A stretch of DNA of 63,761 nt, filler included, from Octopus bimaculoides (GCF_001194135.2; 6 parts of 5 records of this genome joined end to end with filler, not necessarily neighbours in it); one strand, 5' to 3'; positions 25,505-39,702 are shown, numbered from the whole stretch's first letter. The notes: a model not told the origin generated them from the sequence alone. Translations and numbers: made by a program.

Positions 25505-25672
25505 TCAAATTACGACAAACGTAAATAAACAAACGAAGTTTGCTTTTAGAAGCGTTGAGATGTCCTAGAAAGCCACCTGCACTTTTCTCTGCAAAATAGG
25601 GGTAGTTTATCCTGTTCAGGCTATATTATTAGTATTATTCTGCGATTGAGATTTTAAAATCACTTCTTTAAC

Positions 25673-25758
<86 letters not shown>

Positions 25759-25780
25759 AATAATAATGATGATGATAATG

Positions 25781-25829
<49 letters not shown>

Positions 25830-26159
25830 GAGTGAATAATTAAAGGTTAAAAGGTGAAAGGTTGGGATAGTCTAAATTATGTGTAGTGCTTGTTAAAAAT
25901 GGGAAATTGTGTGGGTGGAATTTGGTAGAGCTGTGGTGAAGTTGGTGGCGGAGAAAATAAATTAATGAGTAAAGTGGAAAGAAAGCGTGTAAGATGAAGA
26001 ATTCATGGAAAGAGTAAGAGGAAGAAAAAGGAGTAAAATAATAAAGAAAAGGAAATAAAATGCGAAGGAAGATTTAGATCTAAATGATTTTTTTAAAGCT
26101 GAACACTCGTATGCTGAGGATGTTACTGTACACTACTTGTGGTCTTTCGCCGTTGTTAA

Positions 26160-26270
26160 TCACCATTGTAATACTATATGTACTTGGTTATGCCTCTTTG
26201 TGTATCCGTATCCCAGACTTAGTGAGAAATTGGAGAGTATGTGCCGCATAATTCTAACCCTTCTGCATTT
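26160..26270 (-). mobile_element. RLE-LINE zinc-knuckle region remnant
   Basis: KCRRVRIMRHILSNFSLSLGYGYTKRHNQVHIVLQW resembles KCR.C..ET..HILS.C...Y..RHNQV. Confidence 0.5.
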
Positions 26271-26369
26271 GCACATACTATTTGCCTCTATTTTCCAACA
26301 CTGAGTTTGAAGGTCTAGACAGCATGTCATAGACGGAGCGAGTTATAGAGATAGGTTGAGATAAGCAGA

Positions 26370-26590
26370 AATGTTAGTATTGAGCTGGTAGAATCGTTAC
26401 TGCGCCAGGCAAAATACCCTGCAGCATTTCGTCCGTCATTACGTCCTAAGATCAAATTCAGCCGTGATCGATTTTGCTTTTCATCCTTTCGGGGTCGATA
26501 AAAGAAGAATCCAGTAAAGCATTGGGGGTAGATGTAATCGACTTACATTCACCTACCGAAATTACTGGTCTGATGCCAAAATTTAAAACT
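26370..26590 (+). mobile_element. SINE family B, degraded
   Basis: Matches 57364-57595; similar copies near 29085-29285(+), 35680-35825(-), 49395-49612(-), 52270-52440(-), 53300-53405(-), 55605-55812(+). Confidence 0.75.
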
Positions 26591-27779
26591 ATTAACGCCG
26601 GAAAAATTGTAAGGAGAAATGAAAGATAAATTAAGTTATCAGAAAGTCTGATTTATTTGTAGAAGATATACTTTGGGTAGTGAAAAAGTGAGGGCTGGTG
26701 GTGGTAGTGGCTTATGCGAAAGAGAAGGTAAAATGATATTGGTGATGAATATAATAATACAGAAGTACAAATAGGGATAAATTTAAAGTAGTAACTGTAA
26801 GTATGGTTTCTGTGGTTATGATGATGGCTCAATAAAGTTGTTGAAAAGTCTGATGATAGTGAAGAATCGAAGATAAAAGTGTAAAATCGAGAATGAATAG
26901 GCAGCAGGGAGAGAAGAGTGTGGATAACTGGTTAGGAGTGAATGGTTAGAGATTAAAATGGATGATATGTTGAGAAAGATAGTTGGTTTGACAAGAGAAA
27001 GACTAAGATAGTTTAGGTTAATAGTGTGGATGGGGTGTGGTGAAGCAGCGGTGCTTTTTTTTTTATATAGGCGATGGCAAAAGAAGATAAGAAAAATGTG
27101 ATTGCCGTTGTACATAACAAAGTCATTAAAAAGGGTTTCTAGTGATATTTGGGAGCTGTGATAATGTAGTTTTTAATGTAATAAAGTAAACATCGAAATA
27201 ACTGAAAAATAAGACTAGATGATAACATAATTGTGTGTAAATATATGTTTGTGCAATTCTGAGTATACTTTTGAATATGTATACAATACTGTGTCTCTAG
27301 CATGATATGAACCATTGGTAACTCTGCTGGGTTATCTGGTAACCTACTGACATACTCAGTGGGACATTCTTGTACGGATTCATGTATATTTTATACGTTA
27401 ATATATTCTAAGCCGCGCACAATATACAATATAAGCATACAATATACAATATGCAATATAAGTATACGATTGAAACCGATATAAAAACATATAAAGCAAA
27501 AACGGTTGGAAATAAATACTGTCGCTCTGCTATAGGATTCAATCTAATACCTGGAGGTGGTGCTGCAGATATAGGGATTAAAACCAACTAAATAATTTAT
27601 ACTTTCTGTATTTGTCACCTTCAGATATTAAAGCAGTCTAGTCTCATTTTGCACTCAGAAAACTGTTGTGAAATCTGAACTTTTCCTTTTCTGTCTTCCC
27701 AATGTGTAAATGTGGCCTCTGGCACGGCGATGGTCAATAAATTAATTTTTTTGTATATTGAGTGATATGCGTTAATGAC

Positions 27780-28075
27780 ACTGATCAGAGAAGATATAGC
27801 TACGTCGTTCATGTATTTCCTCAAAATGTTTGCGACGTAGCCATAGCGGATATTTGAAACCGGGATGCGTGCCTACCCGTCACTAAGGGAGTGCACTGGA
27901 CGGCACTGCTCCCTCACTATTTAATGGTATACCCTCAGATTTAGAAAATACAGTTTGCAAAAATCTTCCTGCAATATAAATTAGTGCCCATCCAGAATAT
28001 TCTGGAGTATCCTCAGGTACCAAAGTCTGACGACGGGCCTGAGCGCGTGGGTAGCTAACCTCTCCCTCTCTACAG
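27780..28075 (+). mobile_element. CR1/L2-like LINE 3' remnant
   Basis: Across frames DQRRYSYVV, APSLFNGIPSDLEN, YKLVPIQNILEYPQVP..RVGS*PL resemble QRRRERY / GP.LFN.LP..LRN / KLD.FL..IPD.P..SNSL. Confidence 0.45.
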
Positions 28076-28771
28076 AACCAGACGCTTTGAAGCATTCATA
28101 TAAATGAATATGAATTATTGATTCACAGGAATGGATGATAACAATCTAGACAACATTTGTAAACATATTCCTTCATTGTTTATTGTTTTAATATTTGTTC
28201 CACTTGTTTGTCAAGTTATGTTATAGATACACTTTAATTGTATTTTGTCTTTTTCTTTCGCAGACATTTTTTTTTCAATCGAGCATTACTATGTACTATA
28301 GAATTAATTTTATATTCACAGTGTACTTATTTATTTTCTTTTAAAGCTTGTATCTTTTTTATCGTTTTATCTTTTAACGGTATATATCTTTTGGAGAATT
28401 GTTCTTTTCTGGTGGCTATGTAGGATTATCAGAATCACAACACGTATTTAATCTGCTCTTTGCGCGAAATCTGCCGCCGGCTTACACGTTCCAAAGTTTA
28501 GATTTTAACAGTTTCTTGGGAAGGAGACAGACTTGATATTTGAAGATAGTGTATTTTTCTTTGTTTTCCATTTTTATTTAAATTTACTAAAAGATATATT
28601 TCCGACCACTTTATCGTATATTGAAATTATGTGACGTCAATATCATTGTTGCCACATATTTGGTTTCTAATGCCCTTTGGATTACGCTAAAGTACGTTTT
28701 CTTCAGCGAAACGAGATAGACATGATGAGAGAAAGAGAGAGAGACAGGCAGACAAAGACAAAGATACAGAG

Positions 28772-28827
<56 letters not shown>

Positions 28828-30299
28828 GATAGACAGAAAGAGAGAGAGAGAGAGGCAAAGACAGAGATACAGACAGAAAGGGAGAGAGAGTGAGTGATAA
28901 AGAGAAAGAGAGTGAGAGAGAGAGAGAGAGTGAGAGTCAGAGAGAGATAGTGAAAGAGAGAGGAAGAGCAATAAAGTAAACCTTTCTTTGATGTTATAAG
29001 CTCCCTCCATGTCAATGATAATAATGTATATTCTTCACTTTCTCCGAAGAAAATATTTAACATGCTGGTATAACATTATTTCGCTGCGATCTGGCACGCC
29101 GGACAAAATGCTTAGCCGCATTTCGTCCGTGTCTACGTTCTGAGTTCAAATTTCACCGAGGTCGACTTTGCCTTTCATCCTTTCGAGGCCGCTAAAATAA
29201 ATACCAGCTGAGTACTGGTGTCGATGTAGTTGACTGTCATCTTCATCGAAATTACTGGCCTTGTGCCAAAATTGGAAGCCATTATATTACTTCGCTACAT
29301 CCTGATTTTGCAAATTGAAGTTTTGATTGAATTAATGTAAAGAAACCAAGCTATTAATAAAACAAGTTTTGCGTTAGATTACGATAATAGTTACATCAAA
29401 CTGTTATTCTCACTATACGTCTATCAACTCGATATGAAGCTGACTATGTCTGATTTTAACTATAAATGTTATTTTTATTGTCTTATATGACTGGCTTAGC
29501 TAATAGTACAGAGACTGACAGATAAAAGCTGTCAGCTCCAATTGAACGTTACGGGCTACTGCAGAATACGCTAATAAAATGTATCGTATTGACATATTCG
29601 GCAGCCTCACAAGTACTTTGGCTAGCAGAGAATGATATTTTTACTAAAGATTTTTCGTAAAAGCTCTTTCGTACGTTCTGAAAATTTCTGTGGATGTTAT
29701 ACAGAATTCAAAGAAAATACAATTTTACTTAGTATTAAAAAAAGAAGCAGATAAATATATAAAAAAATTTTTATAGCTTCAGAAAGCTGTTTGAAGTGTT
29801 GATCTCCAACTCCAAAAGACTTTCAATGAAGTCACCATAAATTATTTTATAAATTCACCTGACTTATACAGCTAATTCTTTCATTAAGATTTTCTAAAAA
29901 TAGAGAAGATTAAGGAGAAAAGTAAAGTTTATTATATTAAAATATACCTTCTTTCTACAGAAACAAACATATTCTACTGAGGTTATTTCATGAGATGTTG
30001 GTTTCTGAATGTTTTAAATTACCGGGATGAAACGGATTGGCTAATTTGAATGGTTTATAAGAAAATATTAAATATTCTGAGATTGAATCGTTAATTCCAT
30101 CATAGCTGCAGAATCTCATTATGGAATAAATCCCAACTACTGGCATGACCAATGAATAGCAATCAGTACTTTAGATATTATAATGTTTACTTTTAAAATT
30201 GAACATGACCGTTCGTCTATGCATCACGAAGATAGGAAATGGAGGAGTGAGTGTTCAAGAAAGAAGAAGGATAAACAGGGAATGATAGTGACAGAAAGA

Positions 30300-30444
30300 A
30301 AATCTCTCTCTTTTTCTCTCTCGTTCTCTCTCTTTTTCTCTTCCGTTCTCTCTCTTTTTCTCTTTCGTTCTCTCTCTTTTTCTCTTTCGTTCTCTCTCTT
30401 TTTCTCTTTCGTTCTCTCTCTTTTTCTCTTTCGTTCTCTCTCTT
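30300..30444. repeat. CT-rich minisatellite (~22-bp unit ctctctctttttctctttcgtt)
   Basis: About six imperfect tandem units seen directly. Confidence 0.85.
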
Positions 30445-30532
30445 CTTTGGTTAACCGCGTACATGATCATGTTTCGGGCTTAAAGTAATAAAAACCTGAA
30501 ACAAGGTTCATGTACTACACGGTTAACCAAAG
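30445..30532. repeat. Compact 88-nt hairpin
   Basis: ctttggttaaccg pairs perfectly with cggttaaccaaag, then gtacatga/tcatgtac and tgtttcggg/cctgaaaca; ~16-nt loop. Confidence 0.75.
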
Positions 30533-30541
30533 TTTTAATTC

Positions 30542-30672
30542 ATTTTCTTTCTTCTGCTAGCCTATTATGTAGTGTGTTTTTCCTGGAGAATTTATGGTGG
30601 TAATAGTGTCCTTTGACGTGTATTTTTCAGTGCCTGGTGAGGCACAAGCCAAGCCCTTGTTATAATTATAAA

Positions 30673-30716
<44 letters not shown>

Positions 30717-30717
30717 A

Positions 30718-30758
<41 letters not shown>

Positions 30759-30836
30759 GAGTCAAAGGACACTATTACCACCATAAATTCTTCGCGAAAA
30801 ACACACTACATAATAAGCTAGCAGAAGAAAGAAAAT
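30542..30836. repeat. Inverted repeat (76-bp arms) around a TA/TG microsatellite, MITE-like
   Basis: 30542-30617 vs reverse complement of 30761-30836: 72/76 identical, no gaps. Confidence 0.9.
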
Positions 30837-31059
30837 TATTTATAAATCTTGTATGACTCTATTTCTGTCTATCAGCCCCTTCACTCTTATTTTTTCATTC
30901 CACTGTTCGTTCTTTCGTTCCCCCTCGCTCACATTTCCTTGCCTTCTATTCTTGCTCACTTTCCCTCCACTTTTTACTTCACTGTGTCCCTGTCAATTTT
31001 TCTCGCCCCTCCTTAATTCTTTTGTCCCTCAGCCTCTACCTCTCTCTCTCTTCTCTTCC

Positions 31060-31522
31060 CACGTGACCGGTGTTCGGCCAAGCCTGACCTTTTTTTTCTT
31101 GTCTAGCCGTTGTGCGTGCAATATCGTTATTCCTCCCTGTGGCTGTGAAATCTTGTATCCCTGCTGTAAGGCCTTATTTCCATACACGTCAGCTTAATTT
31201 AATTCGTCCTTAGTCGAAAGACATCTGTTGTTATGTCCTGTTATTAATTTTCATACTGTATTTGTGTAACATTGTTCGTTTTTTCCCGTCCTTATTTTTG
31301 TATACATTCGCTGCTTTCTTCCAAGGAATCTAATGCTCTTAGCTTAGTTCTTCCTTGGGGCTGGCCAGATTGGAGCAATATCAAGAATAACCAGCCGAAA
31401 TTGCAAGGATAATCTGGATCTCAACTGAAGAGAGAAAACTCCAAATGACCTGTCCGTGTTTTCTTTGTATCGTCTATCTGTATGTTTTGTCCCATTCTTG
31501 TATCACCTAACTGTCTGGATGC
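31060..31522 (+). mobile_element. Possible LTR-like interspersed repeat (runs into a gap)
   Basis: Non-coding block distinct from its CT-rich flank, starting cacgtgaccggtg; class assignment is from recall of octopus repeats only. Confidence 0.3.
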
Positions 31523-32388
31523 NNNNNNNNNNNNNNNNNNNNNNNNNNNNNNNNNNNNNNNNNNNNNNNNNNNNNNNNNNNNNNNNNNNNNNNNNNNNNN
31601 NNNNNNNNNNNNNNNNNNNNNNNNNNNNNNNNNNNNNNNNNNNNNNNNNNNNNNNNNNNNNNNNNNNNNNNNNNNNNNNNNNNNNNNNNNNNNNNNNNNN
31701 NNNNNNNNNNNNNNNNNNNNNNNNNNNNNNNNNNNNNNNNNNNNNNNNNNNNNNNNNNNNNNNNNNNNNNNNNNNNNNNNNNNNNNNNNNNNNNNNNNNN
31801 NNNNNNNNNNNNNNNNNNNNNNNNNNNNNNNNNNNNNNNNNNNNNNNNNNNNNNNNNNNNNNNNNNNNNNNNNNNNNNNNNNNNNNNNNNNNNNNNNNNN
31901 NNNNNNNNNNNNNNNNNNNNNNNNNNNNNNNNNNNNNNNNNNNNNNNNNNNNNNNNNNNNNNNNNNNNNNNNNNNNNNNNNNNNNNNNNNNNNNNNNNNN
32001 NNNNNNNNNNNNNNNNNNNNNNNNNNNNNNNNNNNNNNNNNNNNNNNNNNNNNNNNNNNNNNNNNNNNNNNNNNNNNNNNNNNNNNNNNNNNNNNNNNNN
32101 NNNNNNNNNNNNNNNNNNNNNNNNNNNNNNNNNNNNNNNNNNNNNNNNNNNNNNNNNNNNNNNNNNNNNNNNNNNNNNNNNNNNNNNNNNNNNNNNNNNN
32201 NNNNNNNNNNNNNNNNNNNNNNNNNNNNNNNNNNNNNNNNNNNNNNNNNNNNNNNNNNNNNNNNNNNNNNNNNNNNNNNNNNNNNNNNNNNNNNNNNNNN
32301 NNNNNNNNNNNNNNNNNNNNNNNNNNNNNNNNNNNNNNNNNNNNNNNNNNNNNNNNNNNTATATGTATATATATACATACATACATAC

Positions 32389-32421
<33 letters not shown>

Positions 32422-32454
32422 TGTATGTATGTTTGTATGTGTGTGTGTGTATTT

Positions 32455-32493
<39 letters not shown>

Positions 32494-32634
32494 CGTGAAC
32501 CAACGAGAAAGACCTCTATATTATATCTTGAGTTGCCAGAAAAACTAAGTTTCCTTAAAATCATACCCTGACGCTTTGATACGTATATATGTCTGCATAA
32601 CTGAACGAAGAAATCCCTACCTTGCAGTGTGACG

Positions 32635-32675
<41 letters not shown>

Positions 32676-35600
32676 AGACATATTATCTCCATCAAATCAC
32701 ACTGTACTGTCTAATGTTTATACTTATGTGTTATGTATCTACTTATGTATCAGTCAATGAAGGAGTCCTATACATAGCAGCTTGATCTGTAGAAATAGCA
32801 GGTAACCCACCTCCAGATCAAACTCTACTGTCTCATGTTACTTTAATACATTGCCAGAATATTGCGGGGTACATCTGCTATTCAATTCAAAATCGTGTTT
32901 TTTTCAAGTCTTCGGAGATTTACTGATTTCTAAAATAGATAAATGGCTTTTAATTGAAATATAGGTATAATATAAATACACCAAACGTACGACTTAACTC
33001 GGAAAAATAAAAGGCAAAATTGACAACTGTGGGAATTTCAACGCAGAACACAAAAGAATACAACTAAATACCATCTGGAATGTTGTCCGACACTAAAGCT
33101 TCTGCATATCGACTGTTTTTCCACTGGTCTTGTAACATTTCCACCATCTTCGTTATTAGCATAGACTCTTTTCTGTTGTTTACAAAGAGAAGTTCATTAT
33201 TAAACTTAGTTGTAAGCGTGTTTAATGAACGACATTTCTGGATCATTGGTTGCGTGTTAGTCCCATAAATCAATAGGCAAAACAACGAACATACAAATTT
33301 AACGTCATCTTTCCTTCATTAACTTGCAGTTGCAGCCATTGTTTGCGTGTCGTTTTGAGAAACAACTCTAAGCATTTATTAAATAAGCTGTCGGTGTATC
33401 TATATACTTCTGTCTCTCGTAGTTTGAGCGTTAATGCTTTTTAAGTATTTGCTCTGATGATAGGATAGTCTCTTTCAGTTAGGAATCAGTTTATTTATTT
33501 ATGCAAGGCTGATCCAACCGTTTCTTAACTGCTTGCTAACGCAGGTAGCTATAAACCACAACTAAATTCTGGCTGGCGGTAAAATAATCTGGTGAAAAGA
33601 AGCCATGTTGTTTCCCTATCTAAATAAGAATAAATGCGGCGTATTCGTTTTATACTTCTCGTTTACATATAATTCTTGTATGCTAACAGATTTCTTTGAA
33701 AATCGGTTTTATCTCATCCTCCAACCGTCTCAATAATTTCTGCTTCTTCTCTTTTGCTTTACTTCTTATAGACTTTCATCATACTTTCAATGTTTTCATT
33801 AAGAGTGTATATAAAGACATATAAGCAGTACAAAACAGCTAAACTTAATTATTTGCTGGTCGGGCAAAATCTTTTCAAGCTCTAAAGAGTCTCCTAACCC
33901 TTGAAAGGTCACAGCTTATGTAGAATATCTATTTCCATTGATATAATCTGACAACAGCTTCTAGTTCTGTTGAAAATAGAATCTATTCATTTGCATGAAT
34001 AGATCACACCAAAATTATTATTTGTTCTGATTTAAATAGTGAAATACTTTCTATTTGTTGAAAATTGAATTAGTTTCGTGCAATAACTTCCCAGAACATC
34101 ATTGTTTTGCTTCCGCCGGTAATGTTAACTCTTTCTAATGAATTTAATGTTAAAATAATTCTATGAGACAAAAAACTAATACAAGTAATATATATCAACC
34201 TTGATTAAGCAGATCAATAATTAAATACATACCACTCATTAATCTCAGGTCTCTTTTTTCATGCATTGTGTATCTAAGACTACTTTTTCTAATGTCTTCC
34301 ATGATAAACTGTACTTGGGGAGAGATTTGTTTTCTATTTCTAGTTAATCCAATGCTCACGTAGAAGCTCCTTCGTTGGTTCAGATTCCCAGGTATAGCGT
34401 GCATCTACAATTCCATGAGCACAACAAACCTTGAGATTGGGCCTTGAAAACTGACTCATTCACTGCCGACACAACTAAAGGTCAAAATGGTACATTTTTT
34501 ATCGTTACCATTTCGTATTGATTCTCTATTACAATGTGTGATGGCTGGTTACAGCATCTTTAACCTTACAATTTTTGGGGGGAGGGGAAAATCACCTTTA
34601 CAAATATAAAGCTACAAAAAGTGTCATATTTTCAGGCAGTCATCTTTTGGTTTAGCTTAACGTATATTTGGCAGAGAAGAATGGCACTAGTTTCGTCGAA
34701 AATACATAGTTCAACTCCTGCTACACTCAGTATACGCCCTCTTTTATATTTAGAGATAAACGAAAATCAACCTAACTATCCTGATATATTTGGAATCTGA
34801 ATGAGAAAGGAATCAACAACATCAGTATTTGCTAGCCTGTTGTCGAAACTACAACGTTTTGTATCAATGAATCAAAAGGATACCAAGTCTTCGGCCGGGA
34901 AAATATAACATACTTATGTAAACTTTTGAAGTCACGACCACAAATATATTATAAGGTATTTTCAGTTACAAACCGAATAAAATCGCGCATTGCTTAGTAC
35001 CATGTTGGCAACATGTATATTGTAGTAATCTCGAACTAGTAGTTAAAATGATTAACAACAAACCATTTTTTACGGCTACTGCAGCAAGTGCTATAAATAG
35101 TATGTTAATTCACACTAACTAAATGATCTGGAAATCGAAGAGATAAGACAATACAGGAGCTGGACAAATATTTTTTCTATAGATATTTTTATTCTTACTT
35201 ATTTCAGCTTTACTGTATTATAGCGAACAACCAAAAGATGCTTCCAGCAAGATGGCATTAAAACTGTTTGCAAATACGAATGATAAATGGATATTTTCAA
35301 TCGAGTGACTGTTTATGTATTCATAAATGGTATTATATGTACCATTTATGAATACATTTGTTAGTGCTAGCTATGTTATGTTGCACTGTAATAATGTACT
35401 GAAGTGTAACATATATTACATAGGTCATAATATACAAGAGATCTGTTAAAGATCGCAACGTTATAAACAATTAATAGATGGTCGTCAATTGTTGAGCACC
35501 AACAAGAAGAAGTCACTACCTATTAATGTTACTTTCCGAACTCACAACAAGGCCTGCCCTTGTTATGAATTTTTTCTTGAGGATTATGATCATACAAAAA

Positions 35601-37959
35601 GTAGCAAATCAATTATTTTGATTTCAAATTTTTGCACAACTTCAACAAGTTCGAGGGAAAAGATAAGTCGATTATATTGAGCCCAATACTTCACTGGTAC
35701 TTATTTTACCGACCCCAAAAAGATGAAAGGCAAAGTCGACCATGGCGGGTTTTGAGCTCAGAACGTAAAGACTGATGAAATGCTGCTAAGCATTTACCCC
35801 GGCGCACTAATGATTCTGCCTTAGCAAATCAATTATCTTGCCAGAAACACAGATTCTCTTAAGAAAATGAACGCGATATCGTTCAACTGAAATTTGACGC
35901 AAATCAGCAACAAAAATGACCATATCGATAGTGTATTATAACGAACAACCAGAAATGCATGTTACATAGCCACTATTTCAAGGAACTAGCTCACTCACCC
36001 CACTCTCTGTTTCCCCTCTCCCTCTCTCCCTCTCTCCCTCTCCCTCTCTNNNNNNNNNNNNNNNNNNNNNNNNNNNNNNNNNNNNNNNNNNNNTTAATTA
36101 ATTAANNNNNNNNNNNNNNNNNNNNNNNNNNNNNNNNNNNNNNNNNNNNACCAATAGAATAAATACTAGGCTTCCAAAGAATAAGTCCTGGGGTCGATTG
36201 GCTCGACCAAAGGCGGTGCTCCAGCATCGCCGCAGTCCAATGACTGAAGCAAGTAAAAGAGTAAAGAGTAAAGAGAGTGTCTTTGTTATCTTTATTGAAC
36301 TGTTTAAAATTATTGGACGATTATTTTGCGTACACCCTTTTCTTCATAAATTATCAAACAGATATAAATTCATGAAATTTACCCATTTCATATTATATTT
36401 CCATTAGCTCAGTTCTCCCATCAATTTGATAGCAGAGGCATTTCCTGACAAGTTGAACTTAATGCTACAAGACACCGAAAATTATTTTCTCATTATAAAC
36501 TTTCTAATTGTGGAGAGTAAAAATCTAGGACTTGTCTGCTGCTAGAAGACTACATTGGTACTTAAATAGAGCTACAATTTGAGATATATTCCAAAAACCC
36601 TATGCTACCTTTAACCCTGTGTTAATATAACATCTTTATCAATTTCGGCAGTAGATAATACAGCACTATAAAAAAAAAAACAAATAACGCACAACAAATT
36701 GTTTTTAATAAGAAGAACGAGAGTTTATTCAAACTTGGAAATTGGGAAGTGCACATATATGTTAATATTCCTGTAATTCAAATATTATTTGTAAAGCGTA
36801 AATACTATTGTGACAAGAAGCAATATTCTCCAAATTTCCAGATGTAAACTAATCTGATATGGTGAAAATAAGGGGCCACATGCGATGTGAGCGACCAGTA
36901 TGAAGATATCTGCAAACTTTTCAGTTCCTTGTAACTTCCATTTCTTTCCAAAGGTCACTAACAATTGTGTATATCTATAAAAATGAAAATCAGTTTTTTT
37001 TCGATTTTATGTAATACAAATATTGTGCAATTTCTGAGAGCCACAAGTAATGTTATTTCAAAGATATTAGCAATAAAATATATATGTTAATAAAATAAAT
37101 AATTTTGAGGTTGTTTTAATGTTCATTTCAGTTTCAGGGAAATACGTAGAATAATACTAAGTATTATTTAAAGAAAATGCCTAATAGGAATGCATCGGTT
37201 TATTTATTTGCATAAATACTGAATATTGATTATGCAACCATAGCTTTTATATTCATGTATTTTGTGAACAAAATACATGAATATTACAAGTTCATTTCTC
37301 AGAAATTGCACAATAAAATTACAAGTTCATATAGTCTATGTGTATGTGTGGTCGGCTGTGTCTATGTGTGTGTTACTTTTCTGTATATATCCTATTAAAC
37401 TAGTTGCGTTTTCTGGTAGATATTGTGTCAATATCAGTATCAGCGCAATTTTAATTTACTTCTAAAAAATATAATCTTCTACTCTTCTCAATCGTGGCTT
37501 TTCATGAGCATTTTCTTTACGAAACACGTACACTCTCCGTGTTTACATGCATTTAAATTACTTATTAGCTTAACAGAAAATTGTACTATATTGCGCTTTA
37601 CTAGAAAATTCATATTTACAACACTTGTAAACTGTTTACGATTTTAACAAGTTTGCATGATTGACGGAATTGATATCATCAGGTTAAAAAAGTTCAAAAA
37701 CACAATAGGAAATATGTTAAGCATTTTATGGTAATAGCTTTTAATGACTTTACGGCTTACGTACTATATTTAATATTATAAATAAAGCTGAGTCAAGTCA
37801 GTATCATATTTGAGAATACTTAGCATATATAGTATTATATATGCGACTACTAAATAACTACTGGATTACATTATATGTAATGAAACAAGTGGTACCTGCC
37901 ATAGATAAAAAAAGTAAAGACTGAAATATAATACAAAGATGTTGTGACAAAGCAAACAG

Positions 37960-38105
37960 GGTGAACACGTGGTACAAAACCACCAAATATAAAGGAGTGA
38001 TGTTTGTAGAGGCCACGGCCCATGGAGAACTAGCCCGTAGATTTAGGAAAGCTCTGAAGTACACCAAACTCAGCATTAAGATCATTGAAAAGCTAGGGAA
38101 CAGAA
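37960..38105 (+). mobile_element. Penelope-like element RT-endonuclease linker remnant
   Basis: VNTWYKTTKYKGVMFVEATAHGELARRFRKALKYTKLSIKIIEKLG fits the WY....Y.SVMFV.AT..GEL...IKVVE..G pattern. Confidence 0.5.
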
Positions 38106-38532
38106 TAGTTTATTTGAATTTGTGAGTTTATGAGTTTATTGACTGCTGATGGCGTGTGGATATTGCGTGAATGAATTCCTGTGCAATTATTATTTGTGCA
38201 TGTGTTTCTGTCATTATCAGTGAGTGTATTATAAAGCAAATCTATGTATGGCTATGAAGTTCGTATTTGTATGTGCGTAAGTATTCGCGCATTCATTCTT
38301 GTGCGGGATGTTATGCTTCTTTGCGTTATTCGCCAGTTCATTGCGAAATAGACGTGCTATATTCTAGTATTTAGAGATATATGCAGATATGCATTACTGC
38401 AAGATGCTTTTGTAACTGTGTATGCACGTTTATGTTTCCCTCATATATCTGGAGGATATGTTTGGGTTTTTTGGATAGGTGTGGTATGGTTTCATACGGA
38501 AATGGTGAGTGAACATATGTTTATACACTTAT

Positions 38533-38593
<61 letters not shown>

Positions 38594-38696
38594 NNNNNNN
38601 NNNNNNNNNNNNNNNNNNNNNNNNNNNNNNNNNNNNNNNNNNNNNNNNNNNNNNNNNNNNNNNNNNNNNNNNNNNNNNNNNNNNNNNNNNNNNNNN

Positions 38697-38740
<44 letters not shown>

Positions 38741-38968
38741 TGCCTCTGTGTGTGTCCGATATAACAGATGTGTGGTTCATTTACTTGTATGATTTTGTCT
38801 TGCATCTGTACAAGCTTTATGATAGATATGCTTATGAATATGCTCTGAAAGTTAAATAGAGTGTGTGAATATACCGCAGTATGTCTTGTTATTCTGCGCA
38901 TAAGTGTATGCAGAATATTATAGATATTTGTGAGTGTTATCTTGTTACACGGCAAATTGTATATTAAT

Positions 38969-39020
<52 letters not shown>

Positions 39021-39473
39021 TATAAATACATGTGGGCGTACGTGTGTGTGTGTGTACATACGCAAACATGTATGCATGTATGTGCGCATGTAAAGAAAGT
39101 TTGCGAAAAAAAGTTGTCAATACATACAATGATATTGAAGATATTTCATTAACACACTTTCGTGACATATCAATCACGCTAGTCCATTCTTTCTAATCTC
39201 ACTGAAATGTTCGTAGTGTTATCGTTTTCAGTAAGCTTAGGCTTATGGTAACAGCGAAACAGAAAATTGGAAATGTTTTTTGTAAGCGATATGTTAATAG
39301 AATATATGTTGCATTCAGTGTGGGTCGTCCTTATTAATCTTGGCTCTCTTATGTAGAGATGGATATGGATTCAGAACGTCTTCTTGTACTGTTGCATACT
39401 AAAAATTTGCATTCTTGATCACGCTGTTGGTGGGCATGACTGCTTCTCAAAAATCTGTGTACTTACTTACACA

Positions 39474-39479
39474 TTTATT
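39474..39479 (-). terminator. Candidate polyadenylation signal (AATAAA) for the receptor gene
   Basis: First minus-strand AATAAA found downstream, ~225 nt after the stop codon; common by chance in AT-rich DNA. Confidence 0.3.
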
Positions 39480-39519
39480 CATACATGTGTGTGCGTGTTA
39501 GCGTGTGTATATGTATATA

Positions 39520-39557
<38 letters not shown>

Positions 39558-39559
<2 letters not shown>

Positions 39560-39655
39560 TCGCTGACCACTACACATTTTTTCTCCTTGTTTCTTTCTGT
39601 GTTTCATTCAGTTGAAGAGACTTTCTCTATTCCGGAGCGTTATAGTAATACATCC
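39558..39655 (+). mobile_element. Penelope-like pseudo-LTR fragment with hammerhead 3' half deleted
   Basis: Aligns with the reverse complement of ~10440-10562 but lacks the ~21 nt cgtaggctcgaaacgttaaag; lies ~48 nt beyond the receptor stop codon. Confidence 0.7.
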
Positions 39656-39702
39656 ATATATATATGGAATGTTTGGGTGTATTGAGAGTTGCATTATCAT
39701 GT

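Noticed and set aside
25830-27120. Purine-rich, strand-asymmetric blocks suggestive of old LINE sequence
   Set aside because: Apart from the 26160-26270 knuckle and a SINE, no diagnostic motif was recovered.
28632-28639. TGACGTCA CRE palindromes (also 56627-56634)
   Set aside because: About the count expected by chance and far from the only gene.
33453-33480. Canonical CTGATGA hammerhead core heptamer
   Set aside because: No stem II/GAAAC or cleavage triplet follows.
33060-34140. Minus-strand stretches that look like decayed protein (e.g. KSIRSKAKEKKQKLLRRLEDEIKPIFKEIC)
   Set aside because: Many stops and no recognisable family motif, including none from the receptor family; needs a BLASTx/HMM search.
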